Shown here one piece after another: positions 17,771-28,048 of a stretch of DNA of 64,000 nt. The stretch comes from Candidatus Sericytochromatia bacterium. Its GTDB lineage: Bacteria > Cyanobacteriota > Sericytochromatia > S15B-MN24 > VGJW01. Below the pieces are notes generated by a model. It saw nothing but the letters and a program-made list of their open reading frames with translations. It did no database searches and had not been told where the DNA came from. Position 1 is the first letter of the stretch. Every line of letters starts with the position of its first letter. The stretch covers positions 32,001-96,000 of the forward strand of contig JAYKHS010000028.1 in assembly GCA_035285865.1 (NCBI GenBank), given 5' to 3'. Made by a program: the position numbers and the translations under genes.

Positions 17771-18619
17771 CTAGATGCCGCAGTTCGAACAATCCTCGAT
17801 GGCCGGGACCACGGGATCCAGCGTCACGCCGACCTGGGTCCTGTCCGTGGAGACCCCTTCGTCCAGCACGAGGTTGAGCGCGATCGGGGAAGCACCCGAC
17901 CCGGAACTCACGATGGCGTCCGTGTAGCCGAGGACCTTGCGCTTGGTTGCATCGGGATGCGCATCCCAGGCCACCGCGAACGCCAGATAGCGGTGGGCAC
18001 CAGTGCCGTCATCCGCCGCGAGGTTTCCGAAGCGCAAGTTCGAGGGAGCACCTCCGCTCTGGAGCAGCGACTCGCCATCCAGAAAGTCACGGATCATGTA
18101 GCGCCGGGGTTCGATGCGGTACTTGTTGGAGTTGCCCAGATCCAGATAGGCGTTGCCGGCGAGGCTGTCACTGGGATGGCGGGTCGAGCCGTAGCTGCTC
18201 GGTGTACCCAGGATGGCGGGCAGGGCGGCTGCGTGAGGGCCGCTGAACCAGTCGTAGGTTCCGGACTGCAACTGCGAAGCAGTGGAGCCGTTCTGGTAGC
18301 TGCCGACCACGTACCAGCCGAGGCGTGCCACTTCGTTTGCCGAAGTGCCGAAGTCGAAGACGCCGGCCATGACCTTGCCGATGCCCAGATCGCTGGCCAG
18401 TCCCTGCGCCTTGCGCACGGTCGGCACGCCCAAGGCGAGGTCGACGGAGAAGGTGCCGGCAGATGCGGCCCTGACTTCATCACGCGCCGCCCGTGTTTCC
18501 GTAACCCCTGGACGGTCGCCAGGCACTCTCTGCTGCAGGGGTAACGCGGCACACCCCGCAGTCGCCGCGATGAGGCCGACGAGGCTCAGTGCACGCCCGG
18601 AGACATGGGGTCGGTTCAT
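17771..18619 (-). CDS. Hypothetical lipoprotein
   Basis: Lipobox TAGC; C-terminal CSNC. Confidence 0.65.
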   Translation of the reverse strand: MNRPHVSGRALSLVGLIAATAGCAALPLQQRVPGDRPGVTETRAARDEVRAASAGTFSVDLALGVPTVRKAQGLASDLGIGKVMAGVFDFGTSANEVARLGWYVVGSYQNGSTASQLQSGTYDWFSGPHAAALPAILGTPSSYGSTRHPSDSLAGNAYLDLGNSNKYRIEPRRYMIRDFLDGESLLQSGGAPSNLRFGNLAADDGTGAHRYLAFAVAWDAHPDATKRKVLGYTDAIVSSGSGASPIALNLVLDEGVSTDRTQVGVTLDPVVPAIEDCSNCGI

Positions 18620-18649
18620 ATCGTCGACATGCCCGGCAGCCTGAGGTTT

Positions 18650-19597
18650 CTACCGAAGCTCGGAGAAGTCGTCCATGGCCCACGCCGACAACACGCGCCC
18701 CGTCGGCCACAAGCCGATGATGTGTCGCGAACGTCCCGATGGCGTGTACTTGTGGGCGAGGAAGCCATCCTCGGTCTGCCAGCTGCCGAGGATGGCATTG
18801 GGACCTCCCAGAACCCGATCAATCTCCGGCAGAGCGTCAAGTTTCCTTGTCTCAGGCTCGTAGGCGTGGAGGCCACGGGCCGACTCGAGGAGCAGCCGTC
18901 GTCCTGAAGGCGACATGCTGCAAGAGCGAATCGGGCCGAGGTCTCCCGTCCGCATGGTCCGGATCCGGCCGTCCTCGATGTCGACGAGGGCCACCTCGCC
19001 GCGTCGGTTGCGCACGAGTATTGTCCTGATCTCCGCGTCTCCCCAGGCTTCGGCGAGGCCTCCGCCCGGTGCCGCCCAGGCGGCTACGGTTGGCAGACGT
19101 GTCGTCCGGCCGCGCAGGGGCCAAGGACCGTGGTCGGGCCTGGGCACGCGGTGCCAGAGGCACAGCTGGTCCGGACCGTGGAAGGCGAGGCGCTTGCCGT
19201 CCGTCGAGACGGAGACACCCGAGAGGTTTCGCCCCGGCTCGCCCTCGATCAGGATGTTCCGGGCCGCAAGCATGTCCCATGCCAGAATCCGTCCGTCCCG
19301 GTCGTGGAAGATGAAGTTCTCCGGCGGGGGGCCGAGGACCGGATTGCCGATACCGCTGCCTGTGCCGCTGATGCGCAGGCATTCGGCCCGCCGAGGAAGC
19401 AGCAGGTACAGATTGGAGGCCGTGTCTGCCACGAAGGGCACCGTGGTGTCGAAAATTCCCGTCGGGCTGGGCTGGCTAGCCTCGGACACCGGGTCGTGAG
19501 CGTCGGCAGGGAGGGGCATGGTTCCATCCCCGGGGCCTGCCGCGCACGCAACCATCGCAAGTAGCCCCACGTGGCGCAGGGTGCAGGGACGCAGCAT
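18650..19597 (-). CDS. Hypothetical lipoprotein, TolB/WD40-like propeller
   Basis: Lipobox MVAC; VSTDGKRLAF and MSPSGRRLL blade-like motifs. Confidence 0.55.
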   Translation of the reverse strand: MLRPCTLRHVGLLAMVACAAGPGDGTMPLPADAHDPVSEASQPSPTGIFDTTVPFVADTASNLYLLLPRRAECLRISGTGSGIGNPVLGPPPENFIFHDRDGRILAWDMLAARNILIEGEPGRNLSGVSVSTDGKRLAFHGPDQLCLWHRVPRPDHGPWPLRGRTTRLPTVAAWAAPGGGLAEAWGDAEIRTILVRNRRGEVALVDIEDGRIRTMRTGDLGPIRSCSMSPSGRRLLLESARGLHAYEPETRKLDALPEIDRVLGGPNAILGSWQTEDGFLAHKYTPSGRSRHIIGLWPTGRVLSAWAMDDFSELR

Positions 19598-19726
19598 CGG
19601 GTCCCATGATCCGGGTGAGAACCTCCCCCTGTCCCTGCTCCATCTGACGACCTTTGCCGTCTGATCCGGTAGGGCCCTGCCCTGCCGGGGTACAATCGGG
19701 CGCTTTCGTGCGCGTCAGGAGGCTGC

Positions 19727-20698
19727 ATGATGTCCGCAATCGCCCCTTCCATCCCGGTGGTGCGCCTGGAGGATTACCGCGGTTCGGATCCGGTGCGGCG
19801 TGCCCGGTTCGTGCAGGCCCTCGGGGCAGGCCTCGAGCACTACGGCTTCGTCACGCTGGATGGTCACGGCGTGGACCACGCGCTCATTCGCAAAGCCTAT
19901 GGCCTGTTCGCCGAGTTCTTCGCGTTGCCCGAGGAGCTCAAGCTCACCTATGCCGGGGTCGAGGGCGGCCAGCGCGGTTACACCCCTTACGGCCGTGAAC
20001 ACGCCAAGGACAATCCTGTCGGCGATCTCAAGGAGTTCTGGCACGTGGGCCGGGACTTGCCCGAGCAGCATCCTTACCACGGCCACTACCCGGCGAACGT
20101 CTGGCCGAGGGAAGTGCCCGAGTTGGCCGAGACCATGCGCATGCTCTATGGCCAGCTGGATGCCTGCGTCTCCTCGCTGCTCGAGGCCCTCGCCGACTAT
20201 TTCGGCCTGGCGCGCCGTGCGTTTGCCGACATGGTCGTGGACGGCAATTCAATCATGCGGGCCATCCACTATCCCCCCGTGGTCGGGACCATTCCGCCCG
20301 GGGCCGTGCGCGCAGCCGCCCACGAGGACATCAACATCATCACGTTGCTCTGCGAGGCCACGTCATCGGGGCTCGAGCTCCTGACACGGGACGGCGATTG
20401 GCTGCCCATCTCGGCACTCGAGGGCCAGATCGTCGTCGACTCGGGCGACATGCTTCAGCGCGTCACCAACGGCCGGATTCCCGCCACCACCCACCGTGTC
20501 GTCAATCCTGACGACGGGCACCAAGGAGCGCGCTACTCGATGCCGTTCTTCGTGCATCCGTACAGCGCTTGCGATCTGTCCGTCCTCGATGCCTTCGTCA
20601 CCCCGGAGCAACCCGCGAAGTGGGCCCCGATCACGGCCGATGCCTACCTGAAGGAACGGTTGCGGCAGATCGGCCTGATGCGGGGCCCCGTGATGTAG
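19727..20698 (+). CDS. Isopenicillin N synthase-like 2OG-Fe(II) oxygenase
   Basis: YGF, RGY, DLKE, HYPP, HED, HRV and RYS motifs; TACAAT promoter upstream. Confidence 0.92.
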   Translation: MMSAIAPSIPVVRLEDYRGSDPVRRARFVQALGAGLEHYGFVTLDGHGVDHALIRKAYGLFAEFFALPEELKLTYAGVEGGQRGYTPYGREHAKDNPVGDLKEFWHVGRDLPEQHPYHGHYPANVWPREVPELAETMRMLYGQLDACVSSLLEALADYFGLARRAFADMVVDGNSIMRAIHYPPVVGTIPPGAVRAAAHEDINIITLLCEATSSGLELLTRDGDWLPISALEGQIVVDSGDMLQRVTNGRIPATTHRVVNPDDGHQGARYSMPFFVHPYSACDLSVLDAFVTPEQPAKWAPITADAYLKERLRQIGLMRGPVM

Positions 20699-20708
20699 CC
20701 TTCGGAAA

Positions 20709-21089
20709 TCAGTCGACAGGCGTTCCGGCCGCGGCCCACGCTTTCAGCATCGCGATCTGGTCCGGGGTGATGGAGCCCGGCTTGCGGGGCGGCATGCGGC
20801 CGCTCTCGATGGCGGCGACCAGCCGGTCGATGTTGCCGGAGATGGCCTCCGTCCGGGGCGTGCCATCCTTCTCGAACATCGGCAACGGCGCGAAGAGGCG
20901 GCCGGCGTTGTGACAGGAGGCGCAGTTGTTCTTCAGCAGAGGCACCACGTCCTTCTGGAAGGAGGGAGCCTGCTGGCGGGCGCGCAGAACCGTGGTCGGT
21001 GCCTGGCGCAGTCCGGGTTGGGCGCCGCAGCCGGCAATCAGGACGGGCAGGACGAGCAGGGCACGGGTGGCGTGAGTCATAAAGGACAT
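20709..21089 (-). CDS. Monoheme cytochrome c lipoprotein
   Basis: Lipobox IAGC; CASCH; distal MPP. Confidence 0.85.
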   Translation of the reverse strand: MSFMTHATRALLVLPVLIAGCGAQPGLRQAPTTVLRARQQAPSFQKDVVPLLKNNCASCHNAGRLFAPLPMFEKDGTPRTEAISGNIDRLVAAIESGRMPPRKPGSITPDQIAMLKAWAAAGTPVD

Positions 21090-21158
21090 CAGTGTTCTCC
21101 GGAAAGGTCTCAGCGAGGACAGGAGAACAGTAACAAGGCCTTGGGGTGTTAATGAATA

Positions 21159-21190
21159 TTTTGTTTATGGATTGTTTCGATTTTGTTTTT
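21159..21190. promoter_or_regulatory. Three TTGTTT direct repeats at 11-bp period
   Basis: TTGTTT at 21161, 21172 and 21183 in an AT-rich intergenic patch upstream of the cytochrome c gene. Confidence 0.55.
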
Positions 21191-22270
21191 TCAGGGCTGT
21201 CCGAGGCCGATCTCGGCCACCAGTTGTCCTCCGCTCAGGTCGAGGCGCGACAGCGGCCACGCCGGGTCGGAGAGCGAGGCAATCGGCAGACGGATGCCAT
21301 CCTTGGTGACGTCCGCTTCGATGTCCTGAGCACGCAGCTGGTTGCGGATCGCGTCCCACAAGGCGCGGATGGGGATGTCGGGCTTGAGGATCAGGTGACG
21401 GCCGGTGGTGCGTGCGGTCAGCCCCAACTGCAGCCGTGCGTTGCCGGCGCCGGGCACAAGCGGGCCCAGAATCGCCCCCAGGCCAGGCAGCACGGTGCCT
21501 TCCAGGCGCCACTGGCCCTGGCCCGGCTGCAGGCGTTCGATGGTGATGGCACCGCTCAGGCGGCGCGCGAGCATCTCGCCCACGAGGGCCGGGTCCAGCC
21601 GCACCTGAGCCTTACGGTCGCCACTGACGGCCGGAAGGGCCCCGGGGGTGGCCAGCACGAGTCGGTCCGGACCTTCCGCCCGGATCTCGGGATCGCCTTC
21701 GAACGTGACGCCGGGAAGGATGGCCGTCAGCGGCATTTCGAAGGCTTTCTCGGCTGGATTCCAAGCCACCGGACGACCTCGGGCAGCGGCATCGCGTGCG
21801 GCCTTGGCCATGATTCGGTTGTCGAACCAACCCGGTCCGGGATGCCGGAACTCGCTCACGACGAGGCGAACCATCTGGCCGCGGACGGCCGGTCGTCCGT
21901 CGATGCGGAAGGGAACCCGGACCAGACCGCCGAACATTCGGTAACGACCGGCCAGGACGAAACTCTTGCCGTCCGGAGCAAAGGTCATCGACGTTTCCTC
22001 GAGGCCTCTCTGGGCCCGCAGCATCTGGTTGACGGCGCGTTCCACGAGGACCCGCGACAACTCGATGCCACCTCCGATCCTCAAGTTGCCCGGTCCGGCC
22101 GTCCGGACCCGGAGGTCGGCATCCCGAACCGTTGCCCGCCAGTCCGGACTCAGGACCGGCAGCGTCAAGGTCGGTGCGTTGCCCTTGCGAGGGCGCGCAC
22201 GACCCGAGGGCCCGCGTGGTGGCGGGGCCGCAAGAAATCGGGACAGATCACGGACAAGGGGTCGGGGCAT
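21191..22270 (-). CDS. Hypothetical protein (possibly DUF2993/LmeA-like)
   Basis: Long ORF with beta-rich segments; family guess weak. Confidence 0.55.
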   Translation of the reverse strand: MPRPLVRDLSRFLAAPPPRGPSGRARPRKGNAPTLTLPVLSPDWRATVRDADLRVRTAGPGNLRIGGGIELSRVLVERAVNQMLRAQRGLEETSMTFAPDGKSFVLAGRYRMFGGLVRVPFRIDGRPAVRGQMVRLVVSEFRHPGPGWFDNRIMAKAARDAAARGRPVAWNPAEKAFEMPLTAILPGVTFEGDPEIRAEGPDRLVLATPGALPAVSGDRKAQVRLDPALVGEMLARRLSGAITIERLQPGQGQWRLEGTVLPGLGAILGPLVPGAGNARLQLGLTARTTGRHLILKPDIPIRALWDAIRNQLRAQDIEADVTKDGIRLPIASLSDPAWPLSRLDLSGGQLVAEIGLGQP

Positions 22271-22368
22271 GGCTTCAGGACTTGTCGGGTCCTGACCACC
22301 CGTGCTGGTGTGTACCCGGTTTGTCTTCCGGCGTATTTTTGATGAAAAAAGCCTTAAGGCTCCCGAGC

Positions 22369-22917
22369 CTACCGCTCCTTGAGCCGACTGAGGAATTGCT
22401 TGCGGAACTTGGCGACCTTGGGCGCGATGACGGCCACGCAATAGGGCTGCGCCGGGTTCCTCGCCGCGTAATCCTGGTGGTAGGTCTCTGCCGGGTGAAA
22501 GACCGTCAGGGGCTTGACCTCGGTCACGAGCGGGTCCGGCCAGATGCGGGCGGCGCGTATGCTGGCCATGACCTCGCGCGCCGTGCGCTCCTGGGAGGCG
22601 TCATGCGTCAGGATGATCGACCGGTACTGGGTGCCGGAGTCGGCCCCTTGTCTATTCAGCGTGGTCGGGTCATGGACGGTGAAGAACACCTCGAGCAGAT
22701 CCCGGTAGGTAATTCGGGCCGGGTCGAAGTCGATGCGGACGACCTCGGCGTGGCCCGTGCGGCCTGAGCACACGTCTTTGTAGGTCGGATCGGGCGTGTG
22801 GCCACCGGCATATCCGGACACCACGGTCCGGACTCCCTTGAGCTCGCGAAAGACAGCGTCAAGGCACCAGAAACAGCCGCCGCCGAGCGTGGCCGAGGCC
22901 AGCAGAATACCCGTCAT
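22369..22917 (-). CDS. msrA: Peptide methionine sulfoxide reductase A
   Basis: GGGCFWC, SGYAGG, GHAE, HDPTTLNRQG, QYRS, AETYHQDY. Confidence 0.97.
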   Translation of the reverse strand: MTGILLASATLGGGCFWCLDAVFRELKGVRTVVSGYAGGHTPDPTYKDVCSGRTGHAEVVRIDFDPARITYRDLLEVFFTVHDPTTLNRQGADSGTQYRSIILTHDASQERTAREVMASIRAARIWPDPLVTEVKPLTVFHPAETYHQDYAARNPAQPYCVAVIAPKVAKFRKQFLSRLKER

Positions 22918-23011
22918 GTCGTTTCTTTCCTCGGGCAGCTCGTTTCCGGGGGGCGGGCGACCCGGGCCCACGAGCAGGCTTGTGTCAATAGCGTATCATG
23001 GGAGCTGTCCC

Positions 23012-23092
23012 GGGGGTGTGGCGGAATGGCAGACGCATCCGACTCAAAATCGGACGCCGCAAGGCATGTGGGTTCGACTCCCACCACCCCCA
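23012..23092 (+). tRNA. tRNA-Leu(CAA)
   Basis: GGGGGTG/CACCCCC acceptor; TCCGA-CTCAAAA-TCGGA anticodon arm; long variable arm; GGTTCGACTCC; no encoded CCA. Confidence 0.97.
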
Positions 23093-23124
23093 CCTCTTCT
23101 CCCGTCCGCTGGACGCCCCCCGGT

Positions 23125-23934
23125 CTGCGCTTCGCGCGCCTTGCCAGCCGCCTCCTGGGGCGGCGTTTCCCGGGGTTGGTGGCGCAGGTGGCTCGTCGCG
23201 GCTTCCTGATGCCTCGGCGCTTGCCTGCACGGGAATGGGAGCTGGCCGGAATCGGCTGTGGTCAGCCCTTCGAGTTTCTGCCCGGCCTGGCCGGCCTGCG
23301 TTGGCCGGCCGCGGGGCCCCGCATCCTGTGCATTCATGGCTGGGAAGGGCGGTCGAGCCACTTTGTCGCCATCGCGGAGCGTCTGGCCGAATGCGGCTTC
23401 GACGTGATGTCGCTGGATGGCCCCGGCCACGGCCGCTCGGCTGGCAAGTTGGCCCATCCCGTGGCGTTTGCCGAAGCCTTGCTTGCGGTCGATGCGGTCC
23501 ATGGGCCTTTTCACGCCGCAATCGGGCATTCGATGGGGGTCTCTGCCCTGCTCTACGCGCGGATGCTCGGCTTGCGGATCGATCGCATGGTCTGCCTGGC
23601 CGGTCCTCTGCGCGCAGCCGAGGTCCTTGAGCGATTCATGGACATGATGGAACTGGTCACGCCGGCACGGGAGCGGTTCGTGGCGATGGTGGAGAAGCTC
23701 GTGCGCCAGCCCGCGTCTTTGCTCGAGCTCGACCTGCTGGCGCCTCATCTGGGCGTTCCCGGGCTGATCGTGCACGGGACGGCCGACCCCGATGTTCCCT
23801 GGACCGACTCCGAGCAGTTGGCTGCTGCCTGGCCCGATTCGGACCTGATGTTGCTCGAGGGCTTCGGCCATCGCCGCATTTTGCGCGAGGAGGCCGTGCT
23901 GGATCGCATCGAGGCGTTCCTGCAACTGGCGTGA
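23125..23934 (+). CDS. Alpha/beta hydrolase
   Basis: HGWEG, DGPGHG, GHSMG, HG..D, GFGHRRIL; start uncertain (CTG 23125, TTG 23176, ATG 23209). Confidence 0.85.
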   Translation: MRFARLASRLLGRRFPGLVAQVARRGFLMPRRLPAREWELAGIGCGQPFEFLPGLAGLRWPAAGPRILCIHGWEGRSSHFVAIAERLAECGFDVMSLDGPGHGRSAGKLAHPVAFAEALLAVDAVHGPFHAAIGHSMGVSALLYARMLGLRIDRMVCLAGPLRAAEVLERFMDMMELVTPARERFVAMVEKLVRQPASLLELDLLAPHLGVPGLIVHGTADPDVPWTDSEQLAAAWPDSDLMLLEGFGHRRILREEAVLDRIEAFLQLA

Positions 23935-23946
23935 GGGAGGGTGCTG

Positions 23947-24981
23947 ATGCGCAAGGCCGAGGGCAGTCGATTCTGGCGTCTCTTCACCATCGTGCAGTTG
24001 CTGCTCGTGAAGCCTCGCTGGTTCCGGGACCTGTTGGCGGACCTCGAAGGTGAAGGGTACCCGGTGGCCGAGAGCACGCTGGGAGAGGACCTTGCCGAGT
24101 TGGCCAGGATGGGCTGGCTGACCCCTCCGGGGCGTGGGTCCGGCAAACCGTACGCGTTGTGTCTGGAGCACGTGCCGCTGTTCCTGCCGGCCCAGGATTC
24201 GTTGTTCCTGCGACAAGCCGTCGAGCTCGCCGGACCCCCGGCTGCGATCCTGAGCGAACGCCTCAAGGCGGTTCTCAAGCGCGTGCCGACGCCTGTTCGA
24301 AAGCGGAACAAGGCCCTGGTCTGGCGCCCGCATGACCCTCGACCGGACAAGTCCCGTCCGGATATCCTGCTCAGTTTGCTGGGCCCGATGGGCGAGGGGC
24401 ATCAGTTCCGGTTCCGATACGCCTCCCCGACCCGACGCGAGGATCCGGTCTGGTACAGGGCTACGGCGGCCCGGTTCGTCAACGTTGATGGGGCGCTCTG
24501 TATCGTGGCGTGCGTTCCTGACCTGCCGACGCGGGATGCCGAGGGATGCGTGCCCGTCGAGCGCCGGGGCTCCCCCATCCAGCGCGAGTTCCGCCTCGAT
24601 CGCATCCAGGAAGTGCGGGAGATCGGGGGGAGGCCGGCTCCTTCCATGCGCATGGAAGACCTCGAGCCGTGTCGCTTCCTGTATCTCGTTTCCGAAAGCT
24701 TCCTGAGAATCTGGGCACCGCCACAGAATCATCGGCTGCTGGATCCTGCCGACGTCGGCGGGCTGGTCTGTCCGGCCGGGTGGAAGGTCTACCTCGGCGA
24801 ATCCGTTTCAGCTTTTCGTGCCGCCCGATGGCTGGTGGAGAAGGGCGACGGGGTCTTCGTTCCCGACCTGCCCGCACCTTACGAACCGGCAGGCCAGACC
24901 GGCGAAGTGCGGCAGGTGCTTGCGGAGCATGCGCGCAAGATTGCGGCTCTTTATGCCGGCAGCGATCCGCTGCCGTCGTAG
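23947..24981 (+). CDS. WYL-domain transcriptional regulator
   Basis: N-terminal wHTH-like region (STLGEDLAEL); FRY and REFRLDRI WYL motifs; WCX-like C-terminus; GGAGG RBS. Confidence 0.75.
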   Translation: MRKAEGSRFWRLFTIVQLLLVKPRWFRDLLADLEGEGYPVAESTLGEDLAELARMGWLTPPGRGSGKPYALCLEHVPLFLPAQDSLFLRQAVELAGPPAAILSERLKAVLKRVPTPVRKRNKALVWRPHDPRPDKSRPDILLSLLGPMGEGHQFRFRYASPTRREDPVWYRATAARFVNVDGALCIVACVPDLPTRDAEGCVPVERRGSPIQREFRLDRIQEVREIGGRPAPSMRMEDLEPCRFLYLVSESFLRIWAPPQNHRLLDPADVGGLVCPAGWKVYLGESVSAFRAARWLVEKGDGVFVPDLPAPYEPAGQTGEVRQVLAEHARKIAALYAGSDPLPS

Positions 24982-25057
24982 AACCCTGAAAACGCGGAGT
25001 CATGTGCGCTGCCGGGCACGCATGCTGGGGCTGTGACCCTTGGTGTCCGGAGGCAAC

Positions 25058-27010
25058 ATGTCCGACTCAACCCCGCGCCGTTCGCGCCCGGCTGCCGCCG
25101 AATCACCGGATGCGTGGCTGGATCTGCTGACCCGCCTCGTCCATCTCGACCTGCGCTGCCTTGGTATCCGGCGCGAGCTTCGACGACAGGCAGAGGCGCT
25201 CCAGATGGGAGACCTGCGGGCACCTGCACGAGCTGCGGGGCCGCTGCGAGATGAGCTGTCGGCGCTCGAGGCCGATGCCGTTCATCTGCGCCAGCTTCTG
25301 CCCGAGCAGCCTCGGCTCGAGCGTCTGCTCGAATACCTGGGGCTGGGGGACGATGGCCGTCACCTGCTCCACCTCATGTTGGTGTGGGATCGCATCGAGG
25401 CTCGCTCCATGGTCCTGTCCCAACTCGGGCCGCTGCGGCGTGCCGGCCGCGCGGCACATCTTCGGTCCGACCATCTCGTCGTCTGGCTGGATCGGGGTGG
25501 TCCGCCGACTGGACGCCACGCCACCCTGCTGCACGCAGACCATCCGATCTGGGCCTCGGGCGTAGTCGAGCAGAATCGCTCGGGCGTGCATATGTCCGAC
25601 ATCGTCAGGACGTGGTTGCTCGGGGCGGATTGTCCGGGCTTGACTGTGATGCGCCGCATCGGCCGTCCGGGTTCCGGGTTGCCGGGCCGTCTCGTCGTCG
25701 GTTTGCGGGAGTTGCTCTCGGGGGCCGGACCGCTCGTGCCCGTGGTCCATCTGCAGGGCTTCGCCGCAGAGCGCGCCGAACAGTTGCTGCGTTCTGCCTG
25801 GCGTGGCGTCACGGTCGTCCGGCTCGACTGGACCGTGCGTCCTGATTTCACCGCAGCTGGCCTTGCCGCGCCCGTGCGCGAGGCATGGGTCCACGCGGCG
25901 CCCTTGGTCGTGCTGCTGCCGGCATGTCCGCGCACCGGGTCCGATCGGCAGACCATCCAGGACGTCATCCGATTCCAGATCGAGGCCCGAAGGCTCGCGG
26001 TTCCCCTGGTCCTCGTGACGCCTCCGGGTGGCATCTCGTTCCTGCCCCTGCTGCCACACGCCGCGACGCTTCTGCCCGAGTCCGGGGGTTCGCGGTCCGG
26101 CCTCCGCGACCACGCTGCGCGTCCCGTCCCGGATGCACGCCGGCAGGCGTATCCGTTCGAGGAGGGTCCTGCGGTGGCCACCCGGACTGGGCGCAAGCGT
26201 CGTCCTGCGCGCCCCGTGGCTGCAGAGGGCCCGACGCTCGCGTCTCTCGTCCTCGCACCGGATCTGCGCGAACAGGTGGAAGAGTTGTGCTTTGCCGCCA
26301 GGGCCGGGGCCGAAAGGCTGTCGGCCGTGCGCCTCGGACCTGCCCCGTGGGGCAAGGCCGTGGTGGCGCTGTTCGCCGGCCCCCCGGGGACGGGCAAGAC
26401 GCTGCTGGCGACCGCGCTTGCCCAGCACTTGGGGCGACCGCTTGTGACCCGGACGCTGGGGCAACTGCTGGACAAGTTCGTCGGTGAGTCCGAGAAGCAG
26501 GTCGAGGCTCTGTTCTCGGAGGCACGCGAGCAAAATGCCGTGCTCTTCCTCGACGAAGTCGATGCCATGCTGGCTGCCCGTGGGGGGCACGCGCTACAGC
26601 GTCACGATGACCGCCTGGTCAACCACCTCCTCGTTCTCCTCGAGGCGCATGAAGGCCTCGTGCTCATGGCCACGAACCGTGCGGACATCCTCGATGAGGC
26701 CGTGCGCAGGCGCGTGATGTTCACGCTGACGTTCCGAGACCCCGGACCCGTGGAGGTCGAGGCGCTTTGGCGCCTTCATCTCGCACACCCGGACCTGCCG
26801 CTGGCCCCGGACCTGGACTTGACCGGCCTCGCCAGACGCTATCCCTTGCGGGGCGGCTATATCCTGCAAGCCTGCCGCAAGGCGGCCATACGTGGAGCGA
26901 TGCGCGGCGAGACCATCGATCAGGCCATGCTCGAACATCTGGCTGCCGAGGCCTTTCAGCAGGCGGGAACGGGACGCGGCCGGCCGATGGGGTTCGGCCG
27001 GGGCGCCTGA
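25058..27010 (+). CDS. AAA+ ATPase with long N-terminal region
   Basis: GPPGTGKT, KFVGESEK, LFLDEVD, ATNR..LDEAVRRR; C-terminal MGF. Confidence 0.88.
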   Translation: MSDSTPRRSRPAAAESPDAWLDLLTRLVHLDLRCLGIRRELRRQAEALQMGDLRAPARAAGPLRDELSALEADAVHLRQLLPEQPRLERLLEYLGLGDDGRHLLHLMLVWDRIEARSMVLSQLGPLRRAGRAAHLRSDHLVVWLDRGGPPTGRHATLLHADHPIWASGVVEQNRSGVHMSDIVRTWLLGADCPGLTVMRRIGRPGSGLPGRLVVGLRELLSGAGPLVPVVHLQGFAAERAEQLLRSAWRGVTVVRLDWTVRPDFTAAGLAAPVREAWVHAAPLVVLLPACPRTGSDRQTIQDVIRFQIEARRLAVPLVLVTPPGGISFLPLLPHAATLLPESGGSRSGLRDHAARPVPDARRQAYPFEEGPAVATRTGRKRRPARPVAAEGPTLASLVLAPDLREQVEELCFAARAGAERLSAVRLGPAPWGKAVVALFAGPPGTGKTLLATALAQHLGRPLVTRTLGQLLDKFVGESEKQVEALFSEAREQNAVLFLDEVDAMLAARGGHALQRHDDRLVNHLLVLLEAHEGLVLMATNRADILDEAVRRRVMFTLTFRDPGPVEVEALWRLHLAHPDLPLAPDLDLTGLARRYPLRGGYILQACRKAAIRGAMRGETIDQAMLEHLAAEAFQQAGTGRGRPMGFGRGA

Positions 27011-27012
27011 GC

Positions 27013-27900
<888 letters not shown>

Positions 27901-28048
27901 GGCTTTGCTCCGCAAGGCTCGGACCCGAATGGGCCCCCATGACCTCAGATTCGGCCGGGATGCGGTTTTCTTGAGTCTAAAGGCTGCTACAATCCGCCTC
28001 GGGTGACCGCCATCACGCTTGCCGTCACGCCGCGAGGGGGTGAGGGCC

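Noticed and set aside
23093..23095. Both tRNAs lack an encoded CCA
   Set aside because: Common in many bacteria; CCA is added enzymatically
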